From the NCBI GenBank assembly GCA_045863295.1, contig BTWA01000024.1, positions 1-64,000 of the forward strand: a DNA stretch of 64,000 nt, written 5' to 3'. This stretch comes from Candidatus Hydrogenedentota bacterium (GTDB lineage Bacteria > Hydrogenedentota > Hydrogenedentia > Hydrogenedentales > SLHB01). The notes beneath the pieces are model-generated. The model did not search any database. It saw nothing but the letters and a program-made list of their open reading frames with translations, and was not told the origin of the DNA. Shown here in pieces: positions 37,392-50,571 of this stretch. Each line of letters starts with the position of its first letter. Position 1 is the stretch's first letter. The position numbers and the translations under genes were made by a program.

Positions 37392-38840
37392 CTATGCGGT
37401 AAAGCCGGTTGCAGTTCCTTCTTCGATTACGCGAAATCCCACCAAAGCCCCGAGGTCGCGCATGCTTTGCAGGTGATCGCCGTAAAACACGACGCGATGT
37501 AACAGCGTCATCGTGTCCGTGCCCAATTGGCCCTCACCCCAGTTCTCGAATAGGCCGCGCGCATTCGCTACTTCAGTGACAAATTGCGTGCGGCAACCCA
37601 GCGAATCGTGTGTCACGTCGGTGATTTTGCCGGTAGATACCAGCATCGAGTCAAGGTTGGCAAGCTTCGCGCAGGTCACGGATTGCCCCACACGGTGTTC
37701 CACGTCCAGGGCCACGCCCCGGCCGCTGTCCGTCTGCGTGCGTATCGTGAACGGACGACGCTTGCTCGCGGCACCATCCATGCGCGTGGCCGACGTGCAG
37801 TGGAAATGGATAAGCGCATTGCGCGCCACATCAATCACAGGATCGCTGATAAAGCCCGGTACACCAAACGCATAGGTAAACAGGAGCATGGTCAGCGTCG
37901 AATCCATGTCGCCTTCACAAGCGCCCACATAGCCCTGATCATTCAACTTACTGAAGGCAAGGCATCCCTTCGCGGGTCCACCCATGCAGTTGGAACTGGT
38001 CACCGCACAGGCATCGTTGGCCATCATGAGATTCTTCAGGGCCAGATAAAACCGTGCAGAGGCAACAATTTCTGGTTCTGTGGGTTCGACCACGTCTCTT
38101 GCGGGCCGTATCCAATATTTCTCCGCTTCCGCTTCCGCCTCCGGCAACGGCACGGACTCGAACGCAGCCTCGGTCTCTTCGACGGTGATGGGAATGAGTT
38201 CCACCCCCAGCTTAGCCTTGACAGCAGCCGCCTCGCAGGCGGCAGGCGTTCCCAGTGGTCCTTTTATCACAAGGATTCGGGATTGGCGAAGCCGTGCGGG
38301 AACTCGGAGCAGCGAGGCCGCGCGGTCGAGTTCACCCCAGTCGCTGGTGGGCATCAGCACCACCTTCTTGCCTTCTTTTTGCCAACGCGGAAAATACATC
38401 CAGCCATGGCCGCTGAACGGCTGTGTGAAAACAACGGTGGGCAATCCCGAGTTTACGATGTGCTCCATGGCTTCCGCAGGCGCGCCACCGCCATGTCCCG
38501 AGAGGTGAAACATGATCACGGCATCCGCCTCGCCCAGCTGGCCGACCACCCGCGCCGGATCCTCCGGCGGTATGGTCTCGCCGCCGGTAAACGTGACATC
38601 CCCCAGTTTGGATTCGATGCCGGCAAGATAGGTTTTGAATTGATCGATTTCCTCGGTGGGCCGGGATAAGTAGATATCGCCTGTACGGCCGATGAAGACG
38701 GTATGAATCTTGACAGGAGGCCGGTTCAGCCACTTTTCATCCTGTAGTGATAAGGCGACAGAAGCCATGGGTATGGCCAACAACGCGCCACTTGCTGCAC
38801 TGCACCCCAGAAACTGACGGCGGGAAACGTGTGGACACAT
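37392..38840 (-). CDS. Tat-exported L-fucose/L-arabinose isomerase-like protein
   Basis: SRRQFL signal; CLAFSKLND.G..GACEGD, PGFISDP, HCT, GCRTQ, HRVVFYGD. Confidence 0.8.
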   Translation of the reverse strand: MCPHVSRRQFLGCSAASGALLAIPMASVALSLQDEKWLNRPPVKIHTVFIGRTGDIYLSRPTEEIDQFKTYLAGIESKLGDVTFTGGETIPPEDPARVVGQLGEADAVIMFHLSGHGGGAPAEAMEHIVNSGLPTVVFTQPFSGHGWMYFPRWQKEGKKVVLMPTSDWGELDRAASLLRVPARLRQSRILVIKGPLGTPAACEAAAVKAKLGVELIPITVEETEAAFESVPLPEAEAEAEKYWIRPARDVVEPTEPEIVASARFYLALKNLMMANDACAVTSSNCMGGPAKGCLAFSKLNDQGYVGACEGDMDSTLTMLLFTYAFGVPGFISDPVIDVARNALIHFHCTSATRMDGAASKRRPFTIRTQTDSGRGVALDVEHRVGQSVTCAKLANLDSMLVSTGKITDVTHDSLGCRTQFVTEVANARGLFENWGEGQLGTDTMTLLHRVVFYGDHLQSMRDLGALVGFRVIEEGTATGFTA

Positions 38841-39085
38841 GACTCACCCTCCCGGAAATCCGGGTGCAGGTGCGCCGGCACGAACCAAAGCAAGCGCTGG
38901 GGGTCGATTACTCTGTCAATGTCGCCTGGACAGGTTGCGCGCGAGCAGCCCTGATCCCCGACGTTGTTGTCGCGGCAATGCGACGCTGAGTTCTACCGTT
39001 GATTATTCTACACTGCACGCGCAGCTTCGTAAAGAGATCGTACCGGTAATCTATGCTATGATCTCCCGCTTTGGCAGGAGGCGGC

Positions 39086-41424
<2,339 letters not shown>

Positions 41425-41454
41425 TCACCCTGTCCCTGTCCACCGCGAAGGAGC

Positions 41455-41868
41455 ATGATCGTGTGGAGTTCTGGTCTGTTTCATTTGGCGCACGATATAT
41501 TGGTTGCGCAGGCGGAAGCCCAAGGCGGAGCGGCAACCGGCACGGGCGCAGCGGCGCCGGCGCAAGCGCCCAATCCCTATTCCATGTGGATTATGCTCGC
41601 CGGCGTTATTGCCATTATGTACTTCTTCATGATACGCCCGCAGCAGAAACGCGAAAAAGAACGGCAACAAATGCTGTCGTCGCTTTCCAAGGGAGATCGT
41701 GTAGTGACCAACGGGGGCATCTTTGGCACGATCATCGGGCTGCATGAAAAAACGGTCGTAATTCGGATAAGCGATGATCCCGTCGTGAAAGTGGAAGTGC
41801 TGCGTCCGGCCGTTTCGAAGGTGCTGGGCGACAGCGGTAAAGACAAAGAATCGGAAAAGGGCAAATAA
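41455..41868 (+). CDS. yajC: Preprotein translocase subunit YajC
   Basis: YFFMIRPQQKR, L.KGDRVVTNGGIFG; lies between tgt and secDF. Confidence 0.96.
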   Translation: MIVWSSGLFHLAHDILVAQAEAQGGAATGTGAAAPAQAPNPYSMWIMLAGVIAIMYFFMIRPQQKREKERQQMLSSLSKGDRVVTNGGIFGTIIGLHEKTVVIRISDDPVVKVEVLRPAVSKVLGDSGKDKESEKGK

Positions 41869-41962
41869 ACGGATTACCTCGGGCGCGCGTCGCACAGCGC
41901 ATTGCTCGTGAGATAACGCCCAAGGGCCAATGCGCCCGGGCTTTTCAAAGGTGGAGTGGCAC

Positions 41963-44653
41963 ATGTCTTCCAAGTTAATGCGGACCTTGCTGATTTACTT
42001 CGTGCTGTTGGTAGCCGTCGTACAGGTATATCCAACGATAGGCTGGATGACGTTGTCCGACAGTGAACGTCAGACACGGCTGGCCCAGTGGGAGGAAGAG
42101 GACCGTAACACCCCTCCTCAAGGATTTATCGCCGAGACGTTGTCCGGGTTGAAGCGCTGGGCAAAGTTCGACCGGGATCGCGTCATTGACTTGGGACTGG
42201 ATCTCCAGGGCGGCGTGAACATGATCGTCGGCATTGAAATGGATAAAGTGGATCCCAAGCGCCGGCAGGAAATGCTGGACATGGGCTACACCGAAGACAT
42301 GATCACCAGCGAAATGCAGGAAACCGTCGTTCAGACCATCCGCAGGCGCGTATTCGAGTTTGAAACCAAAGAGCCCCGCATTCAGCCGCTGGGCGACACG
42401 CAGGTGTTGGTTCAACTCCCCGGCGAAAAAGATGTTCAGCGCGCCGTAGATTTGATTAAGAAAACGGCCGTGTTGGAGTTTCAGATAGTCTCGCCCATCG
42501 ACGATATGGTCGCCTTGTTCAGCGATTTGGATGCGCACTTCAACGGCGATTTCGTCAAGCGCCTGACGCGCCCCATTCCATCCCCCTCTATGGGCGTGCT
42601 GGAAGTAGCGGAAGAGCAACTCCAGTACGTCCGGGAGATGGTAGCCAAGGCCGAAGCCGAGAATCTGATTCCCGCCGACAAGGAAATCGCATTTTCCAGT
42701 CCCCCCTCCAGTTGGGAAACGAACATGCCGTATCTAATCTACGTGCTCGAAAAAGAGCCGTTGATGACCGGCGACATGCTCACCGACGCCCTCGCACGCC
42801 CCGATGACCAGACGGGCGGCGCAAGCTGGATGATTTACTTCAGCCTGTCGCCCTCGGCAGGCCGCGATTTTCAAGAAAAGACGAGCCAGAATATCGATAG
42901 GCACATGGCCATTGTGGTCGACAACCTGGTTGAATCCGCGCCGGTTATCCGCGATGCGATCGGTACGGACGGCACCATCACAGGCAGTTTCACGGCCGAC
43001 GAGGCCAAGGATCTGGCTATCGCGCTGAAGTCGGGGTCGTTGCCTGTGCCGATCAAGGAAGATATGGCCGGATACATCGGACCCACCCTGGGCGAAGATT
43101 CGATTCGCAAAGGCGTGTCTTCATCGTTGATAGGCTTGGCGGTGGTCATGGTGTTCATGATCATCTATTACCGGCTTACCGGTATTGTCGCCAATGTCGG
43201 CCTTGCCGTAAATGCGCTGCTGATTATTGGACTCATGGCATACACCGACACGACCCTGACGTTGCCCGGAATCGCGGGTCTGATTCTTACGATCGGTATG
43301 GCCGTGGACGCAAACGTGCTGATCTTCGAACGAATACGCGAAGAACTTAGTAACGGAAAATCGTTGCGAGCATCCGTTGACAGCGGCTTTGAACGGGCGC
43401 AATCCGCCATCTTGGACTCGAACATCACCACGCTCATTGCCGCGGCGGTTTTGATGCAGTTTGGCAGCGGACCTATTGAAGGTTTTGCCATTACATTAAG
43501 CATCGGTGTGGTCACCAGCGTGTTCGCCGCATTGGTTGTATCCCGCGCCATGTTCGACTTCATGCTTGATCGCGGCATCATGAAGAGCATCTCCATGATG
43601 AGCGCCTTTAAGCCCAATGCACAAATCCCGTTTCTTAATTATGGCAAGCAATGTGTGGCCGTCAGCATTGCGGTCATTGTAATCTCCATGGGGTATTTTG
43701 TGTTTCGCGGCGAAGCCAACTTTGGCGTCGAATTCAAAACCGGCACGAATATGATCGTGAATCTGAAGACTGCCGACGCCGTGGACGTCGCGAAAGTCCG
43801 CTCGACGCTGACGGACGCGGGCTTCAAACAGCCCGACGTCACCAGTTTCGAGCAGGATGACGCGGAAAGTGCGAATCGATTCCTGGTCCAGATCGGCCAG
43901 TCAGCCGAGGAGTTTGAGAGCGGCGGAGCCGGCCAAGGCATGGCCCAGAAAGTGCAGTCCGCTTTGCAGTCGCTGGGCGGAGAAGTGGCACTGGAAAAAG
44001 TGGACACCGTCGGTCCTGCGGTGGGACAGCGCCTGAAGCTGGATGCGCTCGAAGCCATCGCTTATTCGTTCTTCTTTATCATCATTTACCTGTGGGTCCG
44101 CTTCGAGTGGCGCTTCGCCACGGCGGCCGTCGTGGCCGTATTCCACGACGTGCTGGTCACGCTTGGCTTCCTGGCGCTGTTTCAGCGGGAGATATCCCTG
44201 ACGGTCGTCGCCGCCATCTTGACCATTATCGGGTATTCGCTCAACGACACAATCATCATCTTCGACCGCGTGCGCGAAGACTTGAAACTGTATCGCGGAC
44301 GCGGATACAGCTACCCGCATATTTTTAACATTAGTATCAACCAGACCCTGAGCCGCACAATTCTGACATCCGTCACAACGCTGTTTGTGGTGGTTGTGTT
44401 GTTCGTTTTCGGGGGCGATGTCATCAACGATTTCGCCTTCGCACTCATGGTCGGTATGGCCGCCGGTATCTACTCGACCGTGTTCGTGGCCAGTCCTGTG
44501 GTCATGGCCCTGGAAAAATTCTTCCCCAGCCGGACCGGCCCGTCCCTTAACGAGGACGATGCCAAAACCGGCGGCAAGCGGCGCAATACCAAGGGCGGGT
44601 CCGAGGGCGATCTTAAGAAGTCCAAGAGTGGTCCCGAGGAAGCACACGCCTGA
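41963..44653 (+). CDS. secDF: Fused protein translocase subunit SecDF
   Basis: LGLDLQGG, LKSGSLP, TLPGIAGLILTIGMAVDANVLIFERIREE, DSNITT, then SecF motifs GYSLNDTIIIFDRVRE and TLSRTILTS. Confidence 0.97.
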   Translation: MSSKLMRTLLIYFVLLVAVVQVYPTIGWMTLSDSERQTRLAQWEEEDRNTPPQGFIAETLSGLKRWAKFDRDRVIDLGLDLQGGVNMIVGIEMDKVDPKRRQEMLDMGYTEDMITSEMQETVVQTIRRRVFEFETKEPRIQPLGDTQVLVQLPGEKDVQRAVDLIKKTAVLEFQIVSPIDDMVALFSDLDAHFNGDFVKRLTRPIPSPSMGVLEVAEEQLQYVREMVAKAEAENLIPADKEIAFSSPPSSWETNMPYLIYVLEKEPLMTGDMLTDALARPDDQTGGASWMIYFSLSPSAGRDFQEKTSQNIDRHMAIVVDNLVESAPVIRDAIGTDGTITGSFTADEAKDLAIALKSGSLPVPIKEDMAGYIGPTLGEDSIRKGVSSSLIGLAVVMVFMIIYYRLTGIVANVGLAVNALLIIGLMAYTDTTLTLPGIAGLILTIGMAVDANVLIFERIREELSNGKSLRASVDSGFERAQSAILDSNITTLIAAAVLMQFGSGPIEGFAITLSIGVVTSVFAALVVSRAMFDFMLDRGIMKSISMMSAFKPNAQIPFLNYGKQCVAVSIAVIVISMGYFVFRGEANFGVEFKTGTNMIVNLKTADAVDVAKVRSTLTDAGFKQPDVTSFEQDDAESANRFLVQIGQSAEEFESGGAGQGMAQKVQSALQSLGGEVALEKVDTVGPAVGQRLKLDALEAIAYSFFFIIIYLWVRFEWRFATAAVVAVFHDVLVTLGFLALFQREISLTVVAAILTIIGYSLNDTIIIFDRVREDLKLYRGRGYSYPHIFNISINQTLSRTILTSVTTLFVVVVLFVFGGDVINDFAFALMVGMAAGIYSTVFVASPVVMALEKFFPSRTGPSLNEDDAKTGGKRRNTKGGSEGDLKKSKSGPEEAHA

Positions 44654-44804
44654 TTCCACTAATTCTTGGTTCGTAAAGTATCGCCGGATTTCCTTGCGAA
44701 ATCCGGCGTTTCATTTTCAACATTGCCGGACATTGAATGAAGCGGCTATGCTTTGTCCGGTTAGTGGATGAAAATGGGCTTTCAACACGGGAATTGGATC
44801 ACGC

Positions 44805-46310
44805 GTGAACGAAGACGAGCGCAGCGCCGATTCCGGCGGGACCTCGCTCCGGCTGGGGTTCAATATGGCCGCATTGCTGATCTCGCGAATCGGCGGCCTC
44901 GCAGTCACGCTGATTCAGCTTGCCGTGGTCTTTCGCGCACTGGATTTAGAGGCGCGCGGCCAGTTTGGATTTGCCCTCTCGTACACTTCGCTGTTCACCA
45001 TGTTTTCCACGTTCGGCATCCAGCGGCTTCTGGTTCGTGACATCGCACGCGACCGTTCCATCACCTGGGTATACGTCTGGACCTCCACGGCTGTGGTCAC
45101 CCTATTGTCTGTCCTGGTTATGGTGGGTATGGCAACGATTTTGGCGGCACTCGGCACGGATTCGCAAACGCAATACTCGGTGTTCTTCGCAGGTCTGTCG
45201 ATTATCCTGCTATGGGCCGTTCAGCGGCCCTTTGAATCCGTGCTGACCGCCTACGAGCGAATGGGCGGGATTGCGGTCGTCAACATCGCTTCCTCCATCC
45301 TCAAGCTGATTGCGGTCTATCTCGTAATACCCGTCAGCCCTACCAGCGCGTCCGCACATGCCGCGATTGCCGCCGCCAATCTGATTTCTCTCCTCTTGTG
45401 TATGGGATTTGCGATTCGTGTGGCCGGATTGGAACGGCCTCGCGTTCGCATGTCGCTGGCGATACACCAAATGAAGGAGTGCTTGCCGTTCCTTGTGGCT
45501 ATGATATTTTCTCAGATCTATTTCAAATCCGACATGACCTTGCTGAAATTCCTTCCCGAAGAATCGGTCGCCAATGCCCTTACCGGCATCTATACCCCGG
45601 TGCAACGATTAACCGAACCGTTGCTCATGATATCGGCACTATGGGGGACAGTCGTGTTTCCCGCGTTGTGCCGTTTCTCTCTGAGTCCGGGCGCACAGTT
45701 TGGACAGCTGAAACGGTCGTCCGCGCGTCTTGCGCTCATCGTTTCCATTCCCATGGCGTTTGGGTTGGCAGTATTGGGCGAGCCAGTCATGGGCTTGCTG
45801 ATCGGATTCGGAGCGGAAGGATTCCAAGCCTCGGTCGTCTGTCTTCAAATCAGTTGCGCAGTCATTCCTTTCTTCTATTTAAACAGCGTGGGCCAGGAAT
45901 TCTTGTATGCTTCGCATCGGAACTGGTACGTGACGCTCGCCTATGGGTCTGCGGCCTTGCTAAGTGTCGGGGCTAATGCTGTCGCCATTCCCCGGTACGG
46001 GGTGAACGGTGTGGCGATGGTCGCCGTGCTGGTCAACGCGCTCATCAGCTGTTTTTTTGTCGCGGGCATGCGGCACGACTATGGGGCCATGAACCTGGGA
46101 TGGATGATTCTGAAATCGATTCCGGCAAGCGCCGGAATGATCGTCGTTGCATTTTGGCTGTCCCCCTATTCGTTGGTGGGCGCCGTACTGGCGGGGGCGC
46201 TCCTCTATATTGTGTTAATTCTTGTTACAAAAACACTTACACGAGAAGAAGAAGTGATATTCTTTGGGGTTCTGCGAATTCTGGCATTGAGACGATTCAG
46301 GAATACTTGA
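44805..46310 (+). CDS. Wzx-like polysaccharide flippase (MOP superfamily)
   Basis: Many TM helices; FGI...LVRDIAR, IYFKSD..LL, FPAL, IPRYGVNG.A. Confidence 0.88.
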   Translation: MNEDERSADSGGTSLRLGFNMAALLISRIGGLAVTLIQLAVVFRALDLEARGQFGFALSYTSLFTMFSTFGIQRLLVRDIARDRSITWVYVWTSTAVVTLLSVLVMVGMATILAALGTDSQTQYSVFFAGLSIILLWAVQRPFESVLTAYERMGGIAVVNIASSILKLIAVYLVIPVSPTSASAHAAIAAANLISLLLCMGFAIRVAGLERPRVRMSLAIHQMKECLPFLVAMIFSQIYFKSDMTLLKFLPEESVANALTGIYTPVQRLTEPLLMISALWGTVVFPALCRFSLSPGAQFGQLKRSSARLALIVSIPMAFGLAVLGEPVMGLLIGFGAEGFQASVVCLQISCAVIPFFYLNSVGQEFLYASHRNWYVTLAYGSAALLSVGANAVAIPRYGVNGVAMVAVLVNALISCFFVAGMRHDYGAMNLGWMILKSIPASAGMIVVAFWLSPYSLVGAVLAGALLYIVLILVTKTLTREEEVIFFGVLRILALRRFRNT

Positions 46311-46347
46311 AACAAACTTGCCGAATTCGTGGTTTAACGTCACAATT

Positions 46348-47166
46348 ATGGTATGTGGGCTTTGCCCAAGTGGATCGGAGAATAAACCCTTGCGGTTTCG
46401 AATAGTTTCGTTGAACATGCACAAAGGCTTTTCGCAGTTGAACAGCCGCTTTGTGCTGCATGAATTGCGCGAAGCCGTGCGCAGTGTCAAGGCTGACCTC
46501 GTCTTTTTGCAGGAAGTCCAAGGAGAGCACTCCGCAAAGGCACGGAAGTACGAGGATTGGCCCGACCAGACGCAGTATGAATTCCTGGCCGACGACATCT
46601 GGAGCCACTACGCCTACGGAAAAAACGCGATCTACCCTGACGGACACCACGGCAATTCCATTTTGTCCCGGTTTCCGATCCGCCATTCCGAAAAGGTGAA
46701 TATTTCAACCAATCGCGTGGAACAACGCGGCTTGTTGTGCTGCGAGTTGGATATGCCCGATGGGGAGCCCATGTTTGCCCTGTGCGTGCATCTTAGCTTG
46801 TTTGCGTTGTCACGGCGCAAGCAATTGACCATGATTCAGGATTATATCAAGTCCACGATTCCGGACCACGCCCCCCTTGTACTTGCAGGAGATTTTAACG
46901 ACTGGACCGGACTACCCACCCAGGGGTTTTCACGGGAATTGGGCTTGGGCGAAGCGTTTGTAACGACCCAGGGCCGCAACCCACGCACGTTTCCGTCCAA
47001 CTGGCCGCTGCTTCGATTGGACCGGATCTTTTACCGCGCGTTGACGGCCGAGGCGTCCGCCATTCACTCGCGGGGCATCTGGGGAAAGTTGTCAGACCAT
47101 GCCGCATTGGTAGCGGATATGTCGTTGAAGTCCCGGAATGTGGCGCACCGCGCCGCGGGTGCCTGA
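46348..47166 (+). CDS. Endonuclease/exonuclease/phosphatase (YbhP-like)
   Basis: N.HKGF, ADLVFLQEV.G, QYEFLAD.IW...AYGKNA.Y..GHHGN, AGDFNDW, LDRI, LSDH; start uncertain. Confidence 0.9.
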   Translation: MVCGLCPSGSENKPLRFRIVSLNMHKGFSQLNSRFVLHELREAVRSVKADLVFLQEVQGEHSAKARKYEDWPDQTQYEFLADDIWSHYAYGKNAIYPDGHHGNSILSRFPIRHSEKVNISTNRVEQRGLLCCELDMPDGEPMFALCVHLSLFALSRRKQLTMIQDYIKSTIPDHAPLVLAGDFNDWTGLPTQGFSRELGLGEAFVTTQGRNPRTFPSNWPLLRLDRIFYRALTAEASAIHSRGIWGKLSDHAALVADMSLKSRNVAHRAAGA

Positions 47167-47184
47167 TTCAGACCCCTTTTTAGC

Positions 47185-48336
47185 CTACCTGTAGCCGCCT
47201 TCGCGAATTAGACGTGCAGGCCGGAAGATTTCCTTGCCATACCGGTCCGAGAGGCCGTTCAGACGGTTGCAGAGTTCTTCCGGTTCAATACTGCGGATTA
47301 ACGTCATCGGGCCCACGGTATTGCCGCTTCCGTTTACGATCGCAAGGTCGACATCTTCGGCCGAGCAAACATCCATTTCGATCAGTTTTGCGGCCTCGTT
47401 GGCGTTCACCGCCAACAAATCAAGCGGATCAAAACCAGCGGCGGACTTTCCTAGATCGATCGCCGGCCTGCCTTGGGTCCAATCAAAGAAACCTCGGCCG
47501 GTCTTCTTTCCGAGATGTCCCTCGTCAACCATGCGGGACAATACGGTTCCCGGCGAAAAATCGGGATGAACCGCTTCGGCGAAATACTTCATCGCATTGA
47601 CGTTGATGTCCAGACCCGTGTAGTCGAAGAGTTCAAAAGGGCCCATGGGCATGCCGAGATTCCGCATCACGGAATCGATTCCCTCAGGCTCAATCCGACC
47701 CTCGTCGGCAAGGCAACTCAACAGAACACCGCTTGGCGCTTGCACACGGTTCACAATGAAGCCGGGAACGTCTTTCCGCACTACAACCGGGATTTTGCCG
47801 CACGCCTGGCAAAAGGCATAGGCCGAATCAATCGCCTCCGGACCCGTTGAATCGCCGCGAATGACTTCCACAAGGCGCATCAGAACCGCCGGATTAAAGA
47901 AGTGGAGGCCAAGCACCTGCTCCGGCCGCCTTGTGGCTGAGGCAATCTCCGTAATGCGCATCGTCGACGTATTGGATGCCAATAACGCATGGGAAGGGGT
48001 GTATTGATCGATTTGCTCGAAACACTGCCGCTTTAATGACATCACCTCGGGAATCGCCTCGATCACCAGGTCCGCATCGGCTACCGCCGTTTTCAATTCA
48101 GTCGTCGTATGAATAAGCTCTCGCTGGATTCGCTCGAACAATTCGGGCGTGACTTTGCCTTTTTCCCTCAATTTCAGCAAACTCTGATCAATGCGTGATT
48201 TGCCCCGGTCAACGGCATCTTGATTCATGTCCTGTACATGGACGCGAAAACCCGCGATTAACGCAACTTCGGCAATGCCGTGGCCCATGTCGCCGGCGCC
48301 GATGACCGCAACGGTTCGAATGGGGTGTGACGCCAT
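47185..48336 (-). CDS. 3-hydroxyacyl-CoA dehydrogenase
   Basis: AGGAGG RBS; VIGAGDMGHGIA, IEAIPE, ASNTST, GLHFFNP, PGFIVNR, PMGPFEL.D..GLD, LGKKTGRGF. Confidence 0.95.
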   Translation of the reverse strand: MASHPIRTVAVIGAGDMGHGIAEVALIAGFRVHVQDMNQDAVDRGKSRIDQSLLKLREKGKVTPELFERIQRELIHTTTELKTAVADADLVIEAIPEVMSLKRQCFEQIDQYTPSHALLASNTSTMRITEIASATRRPEQVLGLHFFNPAVLMRLVEVIRGDSTGPEAIDSAYAFCQACGKIPVVVRKDVPGFIVNRVQAPSGVLLSCLADEGRIEPEGIDSVMRNLGMPMGPFELFDYTGLDINVNAMKYFAEAVHPDFSPGTVLSRMVDEGHLGKKTGRGFFDWTQGRPAIDLGKSAAGFDPLDLLAVNANEAAKLIEMDVCSAEDVDLAIVNGSGNTVGPMTLIRSIEPEELCNRLNGLSDRYGKEIFRPARLIREGGYR

Positions 48337-48447
48337 GGCGCCTCCTTTTTGTTGGCGGTGGAAAGCGCGAGTATAGGGGCAGAAGCCGTCATATTGCCAG
48401 TCCCGACCAAGGACTGGAGAAATTCGGATCAATGGAGATTTCGCGAA

Positions 48448-49608
48448 ATGACCGATGTTTCGTCGCGATTGGATCTGGGTCGACTCGACGCGGATTGGAC
48501 GCCGGCACAAACGGATGTGATCCGGAGAGTGCGCGCGTTTGTGGATTCGGAAGTATTGCCATCGGTTGCCGAACATCACGAGGCGGGGACCTTTCCCCAA
48601 TCCTGGTTGACGGGTATCGCCCGATTGGACATCCTGCGATACTTCATGGAACCCGACGGCGATCCGGTGGCTTACGGGCTGGCCATGCGTGAACTGGAGC
48701 GGGGGGGATCCACCTTGCGAAGCGTAGTCAGTGTGCAGGGTGCGTTGACCATGACCGCAATTTCCCGCTACGGGTCCGAGGAGCAAAAGTCCCGGTGGCT
48801 GGGGCCGCTTTCGAGACTGGAGTCCATCGGCTGTTTTGCCCTGACAGAACCGGGTTTTGGAAGTAATCCATCGGCCATGGAGACGTCCGTGCATCGCCAC
48901 GCGGGCGGTTGGATGTTGAACGGCCATAAGCGGTGGGCCACGAACGGAACCCTCGCCGATGTCGCGGTGGTGTGGGCTAAACACGACGATGCAGTAATGG
49001 GATTCCTCGTCGAGTTGGACGCTCCCGGCGTGACGGCGACGCCCATCACCGGTAAATGGAGCTTTCGAGCAAGTGAAAGCGCCGAACTTCGATTCAATCG
49101 GGTTGTGCTGCCGGATTCCGCGGCGCTTCCCGGAGCTACGACAATTGGCAAAGCCCTGGCATGTCTAGGTGAAGCTCGTTACGGAATCGCGTGGGGCGTC
49201 CTTGGCGCGGCGAGAGCCTGCCTGCAAGAGACGCTGGAGTATCTATTGAACCGGGTGCAGTTCGGCGACAAGCCCATTGCTTCGCATCAACTTGTACAGG
49301 AAAAATTCGCGTGGATGGCTACCGAACTCGCCGGCATGGAGTTGATTGCGTTGCGCATGGGCGAATTGAAACGGCGAGGGGAACTGGATCCCGTCTATGT
49401 GTCCTTGGCCAAAATGAACAACTGCCGCAAGGCCTTGAATATCGCTCGTACATGCCGTGAATTGCTGGGAGCCAACGGCATCTTGACCGCCTTTCATGTG
49501 GGACGCAGAATGGTGGACTTGGAAACGGTTGTGACCTACGAAGGCACGGAACACATTCACGCGCTGGCTATCGGCCGTCACCTCACCGGCATCAACGCTT
49601 TTTCTTAA
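48448..49608 (+). CDS. Acyl-CoA dehydrogenase (glutaryl-CoA dehydrogenase-like)
   Basis: RS.VSVQ, GCFALTEP.FGSNP, LNG.KRW.TN, ARYGIAWG, LGANGI, TYEGT. Confidence 0.93.
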   Translation: MTDVSSRLDLGRLDADWTPAQTDVIRRVRAFVDSEVLPSVAEHHEAGTFPQSWLTGIARLDILRYFMEPDGDPVAYGLAMRELERGGSTLRSVVSVQGALTMTAISRYGSEEQKSRWLGPLSRLESIGCFALTEPGFGSNPSAMETSVHRHAGGWMLNGHKRWATNGTLADVAVVWAKHDDAVMGFLVELDAPGVTATPITGKWSFRASESAELRFNRVVLPDSAALPGATTIGKALACLGEARYGIAWGVLGAARACLQETLEYLLNRVQFGDKPIASHQLVQEKFAWMATELAGMELIALRMGELKRRGELDPVYVSLAKMNNCRKALNIARTCRELLGANGILTAFHVGRRMVDLETVVTYEGTEHIHALAIGRHLTGINAFS

Positions 49609-49626
49609 ACCTGGGAGATTGTATTC

Positions 49627-50493
49627 TTGCCGTTGAAAAACGTCAGCCAGTTCCGTGTACGTCACTACGAGTGCGATGCGTACGAACACGCCAATTACGC
49701 CAGCTATCTGCGGTATATGCAGGAAGCCGCGTTCGAAGCCACCGAGGCCGCTGGCTGGACCGTGGAACGCATGCGCAAGGTGAACTACCACTGGATTGCG
49801 CGCGAGTCCCGCATAGTATTTCATGGATGGCTTCAGTACGGCGACACCGTTGAAGTGACAACATACCTTGCGTACTTCAGGAAAATCGGCACGCGCCGCT
49901 TGTACGAATTTCGAAAGACGGACGATCCTCAAGCGTTCGCCGAGGGCTATACCGATTGGATTTTGGTCGATTCCCAGACGGAAAAACCCTCGCGAATTCC
50001 CCAAGACGTTATGGATGCGTTCATTCCCGAGGGAGCGGCGGAACCACCCGCCGGAAGGGATCGTTTTCCCGCTGTAGATCCGCCCGGCAACGGCGTGTAC
50101 GCCGCATCGTATCGGGTGCGCTGGCCGGATATTGATCCGGTCCGGCATTTGAACAATTCCGAATACCTTGCCTACGCGGAAGATTGCAGCGTAATGGAAC
50201 TGCGTGACGCAGGCTGGCCGGCTGACCGGATCCGCGACTCCGGTTTCGCCATCGTGGCGAAGAGCCATCGTATGGAATACCTTCAACCCGCCGTTTACGG
50301 AGATACCGTGGAAATATCGACGTGGAAGTACGATTCGAATGCGGGGTCCTACCGGCAGTATTACCTGTTTCGACGGCCATCAGACGGCGCACTGCTCGCG
50401 CGCATAGACAGTCAGTGGGCCGCAGTCGCGCTCACAGACTGGACTCCGTGCAGCCTGCCACCCGCATTCCCGGCAGGAGTCCGTTGCGACTGA
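49627..50493 (+). CDS. Double hot-dog acyl-CoA/acyl-ACP thioesterase
   Basis: Two 4HBT-like repeats: VRHYECD...H.N...YLRYMQEA and VRWPDID...HLNN..YL. Confidence 0.85.
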   Translation: MPLKNVSQFRVRHYECDAYEHANYASYLRYMQEAAFEATEAAGWTVERMRKVNYHWIARESRIVFHGWLQYGDTVEVTTYLAYFRKIGTRRLYEFRKTDDPQAFAEGYTDWILVDSQTEKPSRIPQDVMDAFIPEGAAEPPAGRDRFPAVDPPGNGVYAASYRVRWPDIDPVRHLNNSEYLAYAEDCSVMELRDAGWPADRIRDSGFAIVAKSHRMEYLQPAVYGDTVEISTWKYDSNAGSYRQYYLFRRPSDGALLARIDSQWAAVALTDWTPCSLPPAFPAGVRCD

Positions 50494-50571
50494 CTTCCAC
50501 GCGGTACAGACCCATTCCGATGCCACGCGGCAAAAGATTTGTGATGCGTCATTGTGATACACTCCCGGGTT